From Paraspadella gotoi (lineage: Eukaryota; Animalia; Chaetognatha): a stretch of 64,000 nt of DNA. The notes beneath the pieces were generated by a model. The model was given only the letters and a program-made list of their open reading frames with translations. It made no database searches and was not told where the DNA came from. The DNA lies in assembly GCA_051294375.1 (NCBI GenBank), contig CM119266.1, positions 8,811,621-8,875,620 of the forward strand, in the 5' to 3' direction. This document shows, in pieces, positions 21,871-34,950 of the stretch. Made by a program: the position numbers and the translations under genes. How positions within the stretch are numbered: the stretch's first letter is position 1; each line of letters begins with the position of its first letter.

Positions 21871-24039
21871 GTGGGTTGGAATCGAGTGATTGATTAAAAG
21901 AAATTTCTATGAATGAATTAATGATTAAACGAATGGATGAATTAATTAATTAATTAATTAATTGAAGAATGTATGAGTAAATGATTGAATGAATGATTGA
22001 ATAAACGAATGAATGAATGAATGAATGAATGAATGATTGAATGAATGAATGAATGAATGAATGAATGAATGAATGAATTAACCAGTAAGCTAACCGAGAT
22101 TAATCTACTCATCTTAACACTCCACGCAGATTGGGTCAACATCTTCGAAAAGAGTGGAATCAAATACGTCGTGATTTGTGCCAAACATCACGAAGCCTTC
22201 GCTAATTGGCCATCGAATAGAAGGTAAGTTTCAAAAATAATCTGGAATTTGGTTGGTTGTAACATTTGATTCACAACCAGGTCCCTCAAGATTTTTACCT
22301 TTTTTAGTTGTCATTTTATTTATTTCAGCTTATATTGAATATTAAATGAATAATAAATAACGGATTTAACATTAAATACTAATTAAAAAAAATTCAGTTT
22401 TAATTGGAATTCTCTTGACGTTGGGCCGAAACAAGATATCGTAGGGAAGATGGCGGAAGCAGTCAAAAAAAAGAGAGACATGAAGTTTGGCGTCTACTAT
22501 TCGTGGTACGAGTGGTTCAACCCTCTATATATGAAGGTAAGTCTAGAGGGTGGAAAAGTCGGTAGGTAAGTTACTTCGTAGTCGACCCAAAGGTCCAGGG
22601 TTCGAATCGGACGGCCGCATTATAATTAATTAAACGGAGGGGTCGGATATAGCATAGTAGCGCTACGATTCCGGATGTGAAGCTCGAGGTCAGCTAATAC
22701 AACAAATTCTTTTAAAATTAATAACAAAATCATTCTCAGTCTTTGCGACATATAGTTAATTTAGTCATATACAATATAATATATCCAATACCAGGACGTA
22801 AGCAACCATTATCGCACCAACGAGTTCGTGAAGACGAAGAGCTTTCCCGACTTCGTGGAATTGGTCCTCAAATACAATCCCGAACTCCTCTGGAGCGACG
22901 GAGAGTGGTTGGACCCAGACTGGTACTGGAACTCGACCCGATTCCTCGCTTGGCTCTACAACGAAAGTCCCGTCAAAGATAACGTCATCGTCAACGACCG
23001 ATGGGGAGTCGGGAGTCGATGCCATCACGGTGGATACTGGACTTGTAAAGGTAGCGGGGGGTTTCTTTTTAGAGCGCTATTTTCCGAAACCGCTCCATTT
23101 TAAGTTTAGAATTTTTTTAAGGTTTGAGATTTGAAGACATTAAGTTCGCTTATGAAGGCTTGTACAGAAAAATCCGAAAAATTTCACGAATTGCTGAAAG
23201 AAAAAGAATTTCGTTTTTCAAATGGTTTGAGATTAAAGTATTAGGTTATGGATTAGGGTCCGGTATTTGGTTAGAGATGAGGTTATGGCTAAGGGTTAGG
23301 GATTAGGGGTTATGGCTCAGGGTTCAGGGATGGGGTAAGGTATTACGCTTTCTTTCTCGCTCAACAAATTTGTCTTATTAACCTACATGTAAGTTTTGCC
23401 CCGTTAACATTCATCGTATCATACATACTTTTTAAGTAAAATTTATTACATTTATCCCCCCCTCCCCCCCCCCAAGACCGCTACAAACCCGGCAAACCCG
23501 TTCCCCACAAATGGGAGTACGTGTTCACCCTGGACAAGTCCAGCTGGTCCCTCAATCGTCTCACCCCATCCACGGGCTACTTCAGCATCGAGGAGCTCCT
23601 CCACGACACCGTCTCCACCGTGGCCTTTGGCGGCAACGCCCTCATCGGACTCGGCGCCACGGCAGATGGTCGAATCTTGCCCATCTTCCAACGCCTCCTC
23701 TTGCAATTGGGTCAGTGGTTGAGCGTCAACGGTGACGCCATCTACGGGACGAAGGTTTGTCGTCCGTTTCAGAACGAGTCGACGGACGTTTATTACACTT
23801 GCGGGAAGAAGGAGGGCGTCGCTTACGCCATCTTCTTCCGTCTGCCCGCCAACGGGTTGATGAGTCTGGGGTCCTTCGAGAAATGCCCGACTCGGCCGCC
23901 CGAGATGCTCGGCGCGCCGGGCAAGATCGGGTGCGCGCAGATGTCGTCGGGCGGAATAGAGTTGGATTTGAGTCGAGTCTACGGGAAAATCTTGGCCGCT
24001 CCGCTGAGGTGGGCGTGGAGCGTTAAAATGACGTTTTGA
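21564..24039 (+). CDS. FUCA: Alpha-L-fucosidase (glycoside hydrolase family 29), signal peptide, 5 exons, 452 aa
   Basis: Exons 21564-21870, 22130-22223, 22398-22536, 22795-23050 and 23477-24039 sum to 1359 nt in one open frame with GT..AG introns. Motifs: [87 protein letters not shown]. Confidence 0.96.
22130..22223 (+). CDS. Alpha-L-fucosidase exon 2
   Basis: cgcAG | DWVNIFEKSGIKYVVICAKHHEAFANWPSNR | GTAAGT. Confidence 0.95.
22398..22536 (+). CDS. Alpha-L-fucosidase exon 3
   Basis: ttcAG | [17 protein letters not shown]...FGVYYSWYEWFNPLYMK | GTAAGT. Confidence 0.95.
22795..23050 (+). CDS. Alpha-L-fucosidase exon 4 (nucleophile Asp in WSDG)
   Basis: accAG | DVSNHYRTNEFVKTKSFPD...LLWSDGEW...NDRWG..CHHGGYWTCK | GTAGCG. 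Confidence 0.95.
23477..24039 (+). CDS. Alpha-L-fucosidase exon 5
   Basis: C-tract plus AAG acceptor | DRYKPGKPVPHKWEYVFTLDKSSW...WAWSVKMTF TGA. Confidence 0.93.
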
Positions 24040-25148
24040 TCCGAGGTATGTCGACTCGACATATCTCGACATATCTCGACATTGTCGAGGGAATAAAATA
24101 GAATTCGGGATTTGAAGAAATATTTTGTTGAGATTTGGTCATTGTTTACTGTTTAATATGTTAAAATTTACTGTTTGATATGTTAAAATTTCAAAACTCC
24201 GCTTTTACTAACAAATACATGTTACGACGATTTAGCTTCATTAACAAAACAATTTTATAAGAAAACTATATTACTTAATTCAAAATATAATTTTTGAAAC
24301 ATAATTTTTTAATTATTTACATGAATTGGCTGATTTTAAAAGTTATTTTTGTCGTCGTCGTCATCGTCGTCGTCATCGACTCTTTATTTGTAAAAAAAAA
24401 AGGAAAAGAAAACTTCTTGTTTTCTTTTTTTCCTTCTGTTTTCTTTTTCTGTTTCGCGCAGTCACCGTCTTCGAAGCCAACGTTTTCTCCGCCAACGTTT
24501 TCAGCCACAACAAAACAAAAGTCAGTTTTCGCGCCGCAAATGGATGAAATCCTGACCTTCGTGGATGGAAAGGTCACCCGTTCGAACCCGCGATTCGCAA
24601 TCAACAGTTGAGNNNNNNNNNNNNNNNNNNNNNNNNNNNNNNNNNNNNNNNNNNNNNNNNNNNNNNNNNNNNNNNNNNNNNNNNNNNNNNNNNNNNNNNN
24701 NNNNNNNNNNNNNNNNNNNNNNNNNNNNNNNNNNNNNNNNNNNNNNNNNNNNNNNNNNNNNNNNNNNNNNNNNNNNNNNNNNGCGGCGAAGATGGCGGCG
24801 AAACGACGAGGATTTGCGAAAATAAGATTTAAAGAGGAAAATGACGACAACAAAGCCGATGGTAAACGTTGGTTGCAATTTGACGCCGGCAATCGAATGG
24901 AAATCTGGAAAACCTGGCATCAAGAGACGAACGCCTGAGGCTGTTGTGAGAACGATCAATAAAATGACGGCAGACAAGGCGACGACGACGACGACGATGC
25001 AGGGCAAAAAAATGGGTGACGTTCTACTCAATATTTCAAGAAAAGAGGAAATTTACGGCGGAGATAGAAAATAGGTTAGGAGAGGAGAGAGGTGAGAGAG
25101 CAGAGAGAGAGAGAGAGAGAGAAGGAGAGAGAGAGAGAGAGAGAGAGA

Positions 25149-25231
<83 letters not shown>

Positions 25232-25985
25232 AAGAAGAAAAAAACAAAGAAAGAAAGAAAGAAAGAAAAGAAAGAAAGAAAGAAAGAAAAAAAAAGAAAG
25301 GAAAGAAAAAGAAACAAAGAAAGAAAGAAACAAACAAAGAAAGAACAAACTAAGAAAGAAACAAACAAAGAAGAGAAAATAATTTTCTTCGATTATTGTT
25401 TATGAATGCGATGCCCTTTTGTTTATCGAAGACGACGTCGTTAACGACAGAGCATTTCTTATCTTCACGATGTAATAATTCGATGCCGAGATGCTGAGAT
25501 ACAGAGATGCCCTTTATCTTCTCCGCCTCTCATTGTTTCCGGTTCGCGCGTCATCCACAGTGGAAATACAAAGCGAAAGAGTGCGTAGATGTAAAAAAAT
25601 TATCATACACATGGTCTTCTAAAATAAATAATCTTTTTAATTATTTTTGGTTATATCGAGCCACCATTCAAAGTAATATATATATATTCCCAAATTTCAC
25701 TACAGATTACTGTTTCATGACATTCTTTGATACCATATTTATTTATTTTTATTCTTATCGTTACTTCTATTGTTCTCTTTTCCTCTTGCTCCCCGCCATC
25801 TTGTCCTATTCTTCCTTCACTACATTTGATATTTCCCTCTCCCTCTCTTATTATTTTCTCCTTCCTCTCTTCTCATCCCTTCCTCCCTTTCTCCACCTCC
25901 CCCTCCCCCTCCTTTTAACTCCAGTCTTCATACTCGGCGATGATGGTTGACGGGGGAATTATCGTAATGTCGTTGGAAGAAGAAG

Positions 25986-26021
<36 letters not shown>

Positions 26022-26207
26022 AGAGAGATTTCAATAACCTTTCGCTGATTAAAAAAATATTAACAAACCTAATATTTAAAATGGGCGACTAAAAAAAAAA
26101 CTCGAAAATACCAAATCGCTCGTCAGACCTTTGATCATTCATCTCTTTGCTTATCATTTTACTACACAGCCAAACACAAAATTACTCTAACACACAACGA
26201 GGAACGG

Positions 26208-28903
26208 ATGCGATTACGCCATCGTGATTCCCTCGTCTGCTTCGCGCGCATGGCCGCAACTCTCGCGCGCAATACGAGCCGACTGGGAGTCCATCGACCT
26301 CGCGCCCCAAGTCTGCCGGCGTGGTTCGACGAAAGCCAAGATCGGCGTCCTTTCTCAAATTTCGGCGTCTTTAACGTCCGCCAGTTACGGCGCAACGAAA
26401 TTCTTTTGGGAAATCTTGATGCACGAACGGATTCCCGTGACACGTGAAGTATCATGAGAACGATATCAGGCCCGACTTTACTTACGCCGACTTTGCGGAG
26501 ATTGTAACAGGGCGGAACTGTATAAGTGCCGGACGGTGGGGTTGGAATCGAGTGATTGATTAAAAGAATTTCTATGAATGAATATGATGATTAAACACGG
26601 AATGGATGAATTAATTAATTAATACATTAATGAGAAAGATGAGTATATTTATTGGTTATTGAAATGAATGATTGAATAAACGAATGAATGAATGAATTGA
26701 ATGAATGAATGATTGAATGAATGAATGAATGAATGAATGAAGAATGAATGAATGAATGAATTAAGCACAGTAAGCTAACCGAGATTAATCTACTCACTTA
26801 ACACTCCCAACGGACAAGATTGGGTCAAACATCTTCGAAAAGAAGTGGGAATACAAATACGTGTACGTGATTTGTGCCAAACATCATCGAAGCCTTCGCA
26901 TAATTGGCCATCGAGAATAGAAGGTAAGTTTCAAAATAAATCTGGAATTTGGTTGGTTGTAAATTGATTCAAACACCAGGTCCTCAAGATTATTGGTACC
27001 TTTTTTTTAGTTTCATTTTTTAATTTTTTCAGCTTATATTGAATAATTAAATGAATAATTAAATAACGGATTATACATATAATACTAATAAAAAAAATTC
27101 AAGTTTTAATTAGAAATTTCTCTTGACGTTGGGCCGAAACAAGATAGTAGGGAAGATGGCGAAAAGCAGTGCAAAAAAAAGAGAGAGCAAATAAGTTTGT
27201 GGCGTACTACTATTCAGTGGACGAGTGGTTCAACCCTATATAAATGAAGGTAAGGTTGTAGAGGGGTGGAAAGTCGGTAGGTTAAGTTGGAGCTTCGTAG
27301 TCAGGAGCCCATAAAGGTACCATTGGTTCGAATCAGGATACGGCCGCAATTAATAAATTATTAAACGGAGGGGTCGGATATAGGCAAGTAGCGCTACGAT
27401 TCCGGATGTTGAAAAGCTCCGAGGTACAGCTAATACAAACAATGATCTATTTGAAAATTAAACAAAATCATTCTCAGTCTTTGCGACGTATATAGTATTA
27501 GTTAAGTCATATACAATATAATATATCAAACCGGAAGTACGTAAGCAACGATTATACGACCAACAGAGTTCTTGTGAAGAACGAAGAGCTTACCCGACCT
27601 TTATCGTGGAATTGGTCCTGGCATCAAATATACAAATCCGAAAGCGCCTCTGGAGGCGACGGAGATGGATTTGGAACCCAGACTGGTACTGGAACTCAGA
27701 CCACGATTCCCTACGCTTAGGCGCTAACGAACGAAAGTCCCCGTCCAAAGATAACGTCATCGCAACGAGCCGATGGGGAGTCGGGAGTCGATGCAATCCA
27801 CGGTGGATACTGGACTGTAAAAAGGTAAGCGGGGGGTTTCTTATTTATAGCAGCGGCTAGTTTGTCCGAAACCAGGGCTGGCCATTTATAAGATTTAGAG
27901 GAATATTTTTTTAAGGTTTGAAGATTGAAAGACATTTAAGTTCGGCTGATGAATGGCTTGTAACAGAAAAAATCCGGGAAAAAAATTTCAACGAAGATAT
28001 GGCTGAGAAGAAACAAAAGAAATTTCGTTTTATCAAAATGTTTGAGATTAAAGTATTATGATTAATGGGATAGGGATCCCGGTATTTGTAGTTAGAGATG
28101 GGTTAAATGGCTAAGGGTTAGGGGAATTAAGGGTTAAGGGCTCAGGGTTCAGGTTGGATGGGTAAGGGATTACGCTTTCTTTCTCCGCTCAACAATTTTG
28201 TCTATATAACCTACAATGTAAAGTTTTGCCCGTTAACATTCACTACGATCTACATAGGACTATTTTAAGATAAAAATTTATTAAACATTTATCCACCCCC
28301 CCTCCCCCCAAGACCGGCTACAAAACCCGGCAAACCGTTCCCACACAAATGGAGTACTGTTTCAACCCTGGACAAGTCCAGCTGGTCCTCAATCGTCTCA
28401 CCCATCCACGGGGCTACATTCAAGCACGAGGAGCTCCTGCCACGACACCGTCTCCACGTGGCTTTGGCGGCAAACGCCCCTCATCGGACTCGGCGCCACG
28501 GCCAGATGGTCGAATATTTGCCCATCTTCGCAACCGCCTCCTCTTGCAATTGGGTCAGTGGTTGAGCGTCAACGGAACGCCCATCTACGGGACGAAGGGT
28601 TGTCGTCCGTTTTCAGAACGAGTTCGACGGACGTTTATTAGCACTTGACGGGAGAAGAAGGAGGACGTCGAGACTTAGCCATCTCTTCGTCTGCACTCGC
28701 CACAACGGGTATGATGAAAGTCTGGAGGTCCTTAGCGAGAATGGCCCGACCGGGCCGTCCCGAGATGCTCGGCGCGCCGGGCAAGTCGGGGTGCGCGCCA
28801 GATGTGCGTCGGGCGGAATAGAGTTGGAATTTGAGTCGAGTCTACCGGGAGAAATCTTGGCCGCTCGCTGAGGTGGGCGTGAGCGTTTAAATGACGTTTT
28901 GGA
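26208..28903 (+). pseudogene. Second, heavily frameshifted copy of the fucosidase gene; most likely an uncorrected long-read duplicate rather than a true pseudogene
   Basis: Collinear with 21564-24039 including all introns. Differences are mainly scattered 1-2 nt insertions at similar density in exons and introns. Confidence 0.75.
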
Positions 28904-30064
28904 TCCGAAGGTATGTCGACTCGACATATGCTCGAACATATCTGCGACATTGTCGAGGGAATAAAATAGAATTCGGGATTTGAAGAAATATTTTTGTTGA
29001 GAATTTGGTCATTGAGTTTACTGTGTTAATATTATGTTAAAAATTTACTGATTGATATGTTAATTGTAAAACTGGGGGCCGCTTTGACTAACCAAATACC
29101 AATGTTACGCGCAATGAGGAACACGAATTTAGCCTTCATTATACACAATTTTATAAGAAAACTATATTAGCTTAATTGCAAATATAATTTTGAAAACAGT
29201 ATAATTTTTTTAATTATATTTAACATGAATTGGCTGATTTTAAAAGGTTATTATTGTCGTCGAGTCAGCGTCATGCGACTCTTTATTTGTAAAAAAAAAA
29301 GGAAAAGAAAACTTTCTTGTTTTTCTTTTTTTCCCTTCTGTTTCTTTTCTGTGTTTCGGCGCGTCAACCGTCCTTCGAAGCCAAGGAACGTTTTTCTTCT
29401 CCGCCAACGTTTTTCAGCCACAACAAAACAAAAGTCAGTTTTTCGCGCCGCAAATGGATGAAATCCTGACTTCGTGGAATGGAAAGGTCACCTTCGAACC
29501 GCGCGATTCCGCAATCTAACAGTTGTGAAGAGCGAAAGTCGGCGGTGGCATGAAGCGGCAAGAGGCGGGGGTGTGTGGCGGGGAGTGTTTGGCGGGGGTG
29601 TATGCCGGAGGAGCAGAAGGCGCCATGGCGGCGGCAGAGAGGCGGCGGTGTTTGGCGCCGAAGGCAGGAGGTGTTTGGCCGGCGGATGCGGCGGGTGTTT
29701 GCGGCGGGAGAGCGGCGGCGGGCGATGATGGCGCGAAACGAGGGCGAGGATTTGCGAAATAAGATTAGAAGTAAGAGACGACATACTGAAAACGACACGA
29801 CAACGAAAAGACACGACAACACGATGGTAAAACGTTGGGTTGCAATTTGAGCCGGCAATCGAATGGAAATCTGAAAACCTGGCATCAGAAGACGAACGCC
29901 CTGAGGCCTGGTTGTGAGAACGAATCAATAAAATGACCGGCAGAACAAGGCGGACGACGACGAGACGCACACGATACGGGCAAAAAAATGGTGACGTTCT
30001 ACTTCAATATTTCAAGAAAAGAGGAAATTTTACGGCGGAAATAGAAAAATAGGTTAGGAGAGAG

Positions 30065-30102
<38 letters not shown>

Positions 30103-30861
30103 AGAGGAGAGGAGAAGAAGAGGAAGAGGCGAAGATAAGAGAAGAAGAGAAGAAAGAAAGAAAGAAGAAAGAAAAGAAAGAAAGAGAAGAAAGAAAGAAA
30201 GAATAGAAAGAAAGAAAGAAACAGAAAGAAAAAAAGAAAAGAAAACAAACTAAGAAAAGAAACAAAAAGAGAGAGAAAATATATTTTCTTCGATTATTGT
30301 TTATGAATGCGATGCCTTTTTGTTTATCGAAAGAGGTACGTACGTTAAAGGCGAACAGAGACATTTCTTATCTTCACGGATGTAATACAATATCGATGCC
30401 GAGATGTGAGATACAGAGAATGCCCTTTATCTTCTCCGCCTCTCATGTTTTCCGCGGTTCGCGCGTCACCACAGAGAAATAAACAAAGCGAAAGAGTAGG
30501 CGATAGATGTAAAAAATATACTCAATACACATGGTCTTCGCTAAAAATAAATAATCTTTTTAATTATTTTTGGTATTATATCGAGCCACCATCAAAAGTA
30601 ATAATATAATATATTCTGCAATTTCAACTACACGATTCTGTTCATGACATTCATTCTGATACCATAATTTATTATAATTTTGATTCTTGAAGATTCGTTA
30701 CTTCTATTAGTTCTCTTTTCTCATCTTGCCTCCCCGCCAATCTTGTCCTATTCTTTACAGCTTCACTACATTGAATATTTCTACTCCCCTCTACTTTTAT
30801 TTTTCAATCCTTCCTCTCATCTGCATTACCTCCTCCCTTTCTCCTCCTCCTTCGCTCTTAA

Positions 30862-31769
30862 GGGGACCAAGTGAACAGGGGGGGTAAAAAGCTTGAAAAC
30901 ATATACGTTTGAACCCTTTAACTTAAACTGGTTCTGATTCAGTATAATTTTTTTTCTGTCTATAATCATTTGGGAAAGAGTTAAAAAATTCGATGAAAAT
31001 CAGTGAGCCTTAATTTTCTTTAAAAAATCGTAAGAAAGAAAACTTTTTTTCAAGTTAGAAAATTTTTTTTTTCCAAAAGGTAAGAGATGCTAATTTTAAA
31101 AGATTTTCAGCTTTTATCACAAAAATGTTATAAAAGAAAAAAAAACTAAGAATTAACAAGAATTTTAAGGGTATCGACTGATTTTATTTAAACTTTCCTT
31201 CAAAATGAATTCTGTTATTGATAAAATAAAACTCTTTTGAAGTAATATATAATATACAAGAAGTAGAAGATTCTGTACTTTTGCTAAATTTGTAATTGTT
31301 ATAATTAGGAATCAATATAGTTTATATATACCATTTAAAGGATGAATATGAATATTAATTAATTAATTATTACAGTTTTGTTTTGTAAGAATAGAAATTT
31401 AGGTTTGATTTGTCTGCTTAAGTAAATATAGAAAAATAAAGAAAATATTAGTCTTGTAAAGCCTTTGTTCAATGAGGCTTAAAACCTAAAATTATAGCTT
31501 TGTACAGTAAAAATAAAAAAATTGGAATTGTAAAAAAGTACTTTCTAATGCAAAAATAAAATAATGGATTATAAATAAATATTTAGGTAGGGTCAACTAA
31601 ATTTTTTTTTCATAGATTATTAAATTTTGTTTTCCGGCTAACAGATAAGAGATAGGGAATTTTTTTGCCACTTTCCGTGCAAAGAAAAAAATTGAATGAC
31701 TATGCACCAATCAAATTCCCCTTTGAGATAGACCCTTAAGCTTATGATATCATTTTTATCACGGGTCCC
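30862..31769. mobile_element. Non-autonomous TTAA-targeting DNA transposon (Kolobok/T2-like MITE), ~908 bp
   Basis: TTAA (30858-30861) GGGGACCAAGTGA ... TCACGGGTCCC TTAA (31770-31773). The homologous position in the other duplicate copy has a single TTAA (25915-25918). AT-rich, no ORF. Confidence 0.85.
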
Positions 31770-31852
31770 TTAACTCCAGTCTCATACGCGCGATGATGGT
31801 TGACGGGGGAAGTTATCGTAATGTCGTTGGAAGAAGAAGAGTCTCTGCTTCT

Positions 31853-31892
<40 letters not shown>

Positions 31893-31907
31893 CTCTCTCT
31901 CTCTCTA

Positions 31908-31959
<52 letters not shown>

Positions 31960-34257
31960 CTCTCTCTCTTCTCTCTTTTTCTCGCGGTCAGTCAAATGTT
32001 CAAAGGTCCAACGAGAGAGGAGGACGAACGCGAGAGGACGAATCGAGCGAGGGGGGGGGAAGGGGGGGCGGGCGATGGAGAAGAAATTGCGAGGGTGTAG
32101 GAAGGGCTTAGGGGTGGTCCGGGGTGTAGAGTTTGGGACAGAAGGGAGANNNNNNNNNNNNNNNNNNNNNNNNNGGGGAGAGGAGTTAAACTAGCTGGTA
32201 CTAAAGATGAAGAAAGAAAAAAAAATAAGAAGTGGCAAGTCCTAAGAGTTGCGCCAAAGAAACTTTTTTAAATATACACAATTATTACATATAGTAAAAA
32301 AATGTATGCACATTATTCAAAATATACATTTCATGGTACATCACCCTACTACTAAGTATAAATCAAAATTATACAGTGTGAAGTTAGAAATAGTTAAGTC
32401 AAAACGTAAGTAAGACAGACCAACCGACAGACAGACCAACCGACAGACAGACNNNNNNNNNNNNNNACCGACCGACAGACTGACCGACCAATTAAAAAGT
32501 CTCTCGTCGCGTTGCTCCGCGAGTTCTCGCCGCGCGACTAAAAAACCCTGTGGACGGATTTCATTTCTCTTCCGCGACGATAATTCAGATTTTCCTTTCC
32601 CTTTTTTTTTTTATGGCGCGAGTTTATTGGTATCCGAGATTTTCGTTCCCGTTTATTTTTTCGTTCTTCCGCTGCTGTCAGTGAGAATGCTGCCGGTGTT
32701 ACTGCTGCTGAAGCTGCTGCTGTTGGTATTGCGGTTGTCGTTTTTTTGTTGTTGTTATCTTTTTTGGTTTTTGATGGCTTACTTTTGAAAAAACAAATCA
32801 ATTAAGGAATGTCACGGAATGATTCATAATTAAGTTTAACAAATAGATGTGTTTCTTATTGTAATCCTGCAATATCTAACAAAATATAGCTAGGTATAGC
32901 TCGACAAAGCTAAGGTTCGATTCCCTGATATGGAAAGGATGTTTGCAACGACGAGGACAGCGACGACGCATCTTTCTCCTCTCCTAATTTCCTCGCTTCT
33001 TTTCTCCCTTCTTCCCTTTCTTCCTCCTCTCCTACTCTTCTGCTTCCCTTCTTCCCTCTTTCTCCTTCCTCCACTACTAATCCCTCTCTCACCTCCGTCG
33101 TCTTCTCCTTCCATGCCTACTTTTCCTTCTTCCTCCCTCCCCCTCCGTTTCTCTCTTTTTCTCCTTTCCTNNNNNNNNNNNNNNNNNNNNNNNNNNNNNN
33201 NNNNNNNNNNNNNNNNNNNNNNNNNNNNNNNNNNNNNNNNNNNNNNNNNNNNNNNNNNNNNNNNNNNNNNNNNNNNNNNNNNNNNNNNNNNNNNNNNNNN
33301 NNNNNNNNNNNNNNNNNNNNNNNNNNNNNNNNNNNNNNNNNNNNNNNNNNNNNNNNNNNNNNNNNNNNNNNNNNNNNNNNNNNNNNNNNNNNNNNNNNNN
33401 NNNNNNNNNNNNNNNNNNNNNNNNNNNNNNNNNNNNNNNNNNNNNNNNNNNNNNNNNNNNNNNNNNNNNNNNNNNNNNNNNNNNNNNNNNNNNNNNNNNN
33501 NNNNNNNNNNNNNNNNNNNNNNNNNNNNNNNNNNNNNNNNNNNNNNNNNNNNNNNNNNNNNNNNNNNNNNNNNNNNNNNNACGTGAGGTCAATTGGGACA
33601 AGGACATGAACAATTCAAAAAAGTTTCCGATCGACTGAAAGACCAAATGATTATATAGTGGCCAACGACAAACGAACCGATAGACCCACCTAGACCCACC
33701 AAGGGTCACCGACAAGGAGAACAAAGAGACTCTTCTTGTCTTTATCTTAATGGCAAAGTCGGCGTCGGCTTCCGGCGTCAGCGTCGGTATCCGGCATCTG
33801 CATTGACATCAACGTTGGCATCTGTTTCGGCAGCCCCGCCAGCGACAACGAAAACGAAATCTCTTAATTATTTCCCGTCGCTTCGGACCCTCTTAGTTGA
33901 TCGTTCAGTTTCAATTTTAATAACTAACTCTCGGCGCCGGATGCCGAGACGTCAACCGGAAACCGGTTCCATCAGACGCCATCTTCCTCTTTATGTTATA
34001 ATTCAAATGAGATCATAAACTGATTGGAGTGCTGGCTTCGACTCACGTTCATTGCGAGTTCACTTAAAACGTTCTCTAAAACCTAACGTTTCCCTCCATA
34101 ACGGACACGCAGTTGTTGTTTTTGGCTATTGATAATTATATACTCTAATTGTAAATTGACCGTTTTCTGCGCCCATAACTGACATGTAACTGACATGAGC
34201 CCCATTGCCTTTGGAGGGAACAACTTTCTTTCTACAACTTTCATTAGGATAAATCCA

Positions 34258-34317
<60 letters not shown>

Positions 34318-34950
34318 CATTAAGAAGACCCTCGTCATTCATTGCCGCGTCACACACAAATTCAATCTCCCATTCTTATTTCCACTTCGCCAACTCAACT
34401 CCTTTTTTTCATCAACCGATTCAGCGATTCCACGAATCTTAAAGTCATTTAACAAATCTATTTCGTCTACTTTAGCCTTCTCCCCCCCCCCTCTCCCCCC
34501 TCTTCCCCCTATCTTAACCCAAACCTTTCTTTCTTTATTCTTTTCTTTCTTTTTATTTTATTTTCTTTTCTTTCTTTTTTGTTTCTTTCTTTATTCTTTT
34601 CTTTCTTTATTCTTTTTTTCTTTTTTTTATTTCTTTCTTTTTTCTTTTTTAATCTTTTCTTTCTTTATTCTTTTCTTTCTTTTTTATTTCTTTCTTTATT
34701 CTTTTTTTCTTTTTTCTTTTCTTTCTTTTTTCTTTTTTTCTTTCTTTTGTCTTTTTTTCTTTCTTTATTATTTCTTTCTTTTTTTATTTTCTCTCTTTAA
34801 AAATCCTATCCATTCTCCATCTTCCCCCCCCCTCCGCCCCCATCTACGTTCCCTTCTGGGTCCCCAGCTTGTCGCAGCAAAGAGTCGGGGACCCAAAGTC
34901 ACTTCAACGTTTTCCATTTTTTCGTTTCTCTCCGGATCCAAGGCGGTCGA

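Larger units (their letters stand above)
21401..31870 (+). repeat. Direct tandem duplication: ~21401-26017 (clean) and ~26029-31870 (noisy, with an extra 0.9 kb insertion)
   Basis: Both copies start ttcaataac(c)tttcgctgattaaaaaaatatt and end gatgatggttgacggggga..tcgtaatgtcgttggaagaagaagagtc(CT)n. Confidence 0.92.

Noticed and set aside
22585-22620. tRNA-like GGTTCGAATC (also GGTTCGATTCC near 32915)
   Set aside because: Only a B-box/T-loop, with no acceptor stem or cloverleaf. At most a SINE remnant.
26208-28903. True tandem fucosidase paralog or pseudogene
   Set aside because: The error spectrum, adapter-like junction and 25-N gap favour an assembly artefact. Kept only as a flagged feature.
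34857-34896. Hairpin gggtcccc..ggggaccc resembling the transposon TIR
   Set aside because: Orientation is reversed, there are no TTAA flanks, and it is too short to support a call.
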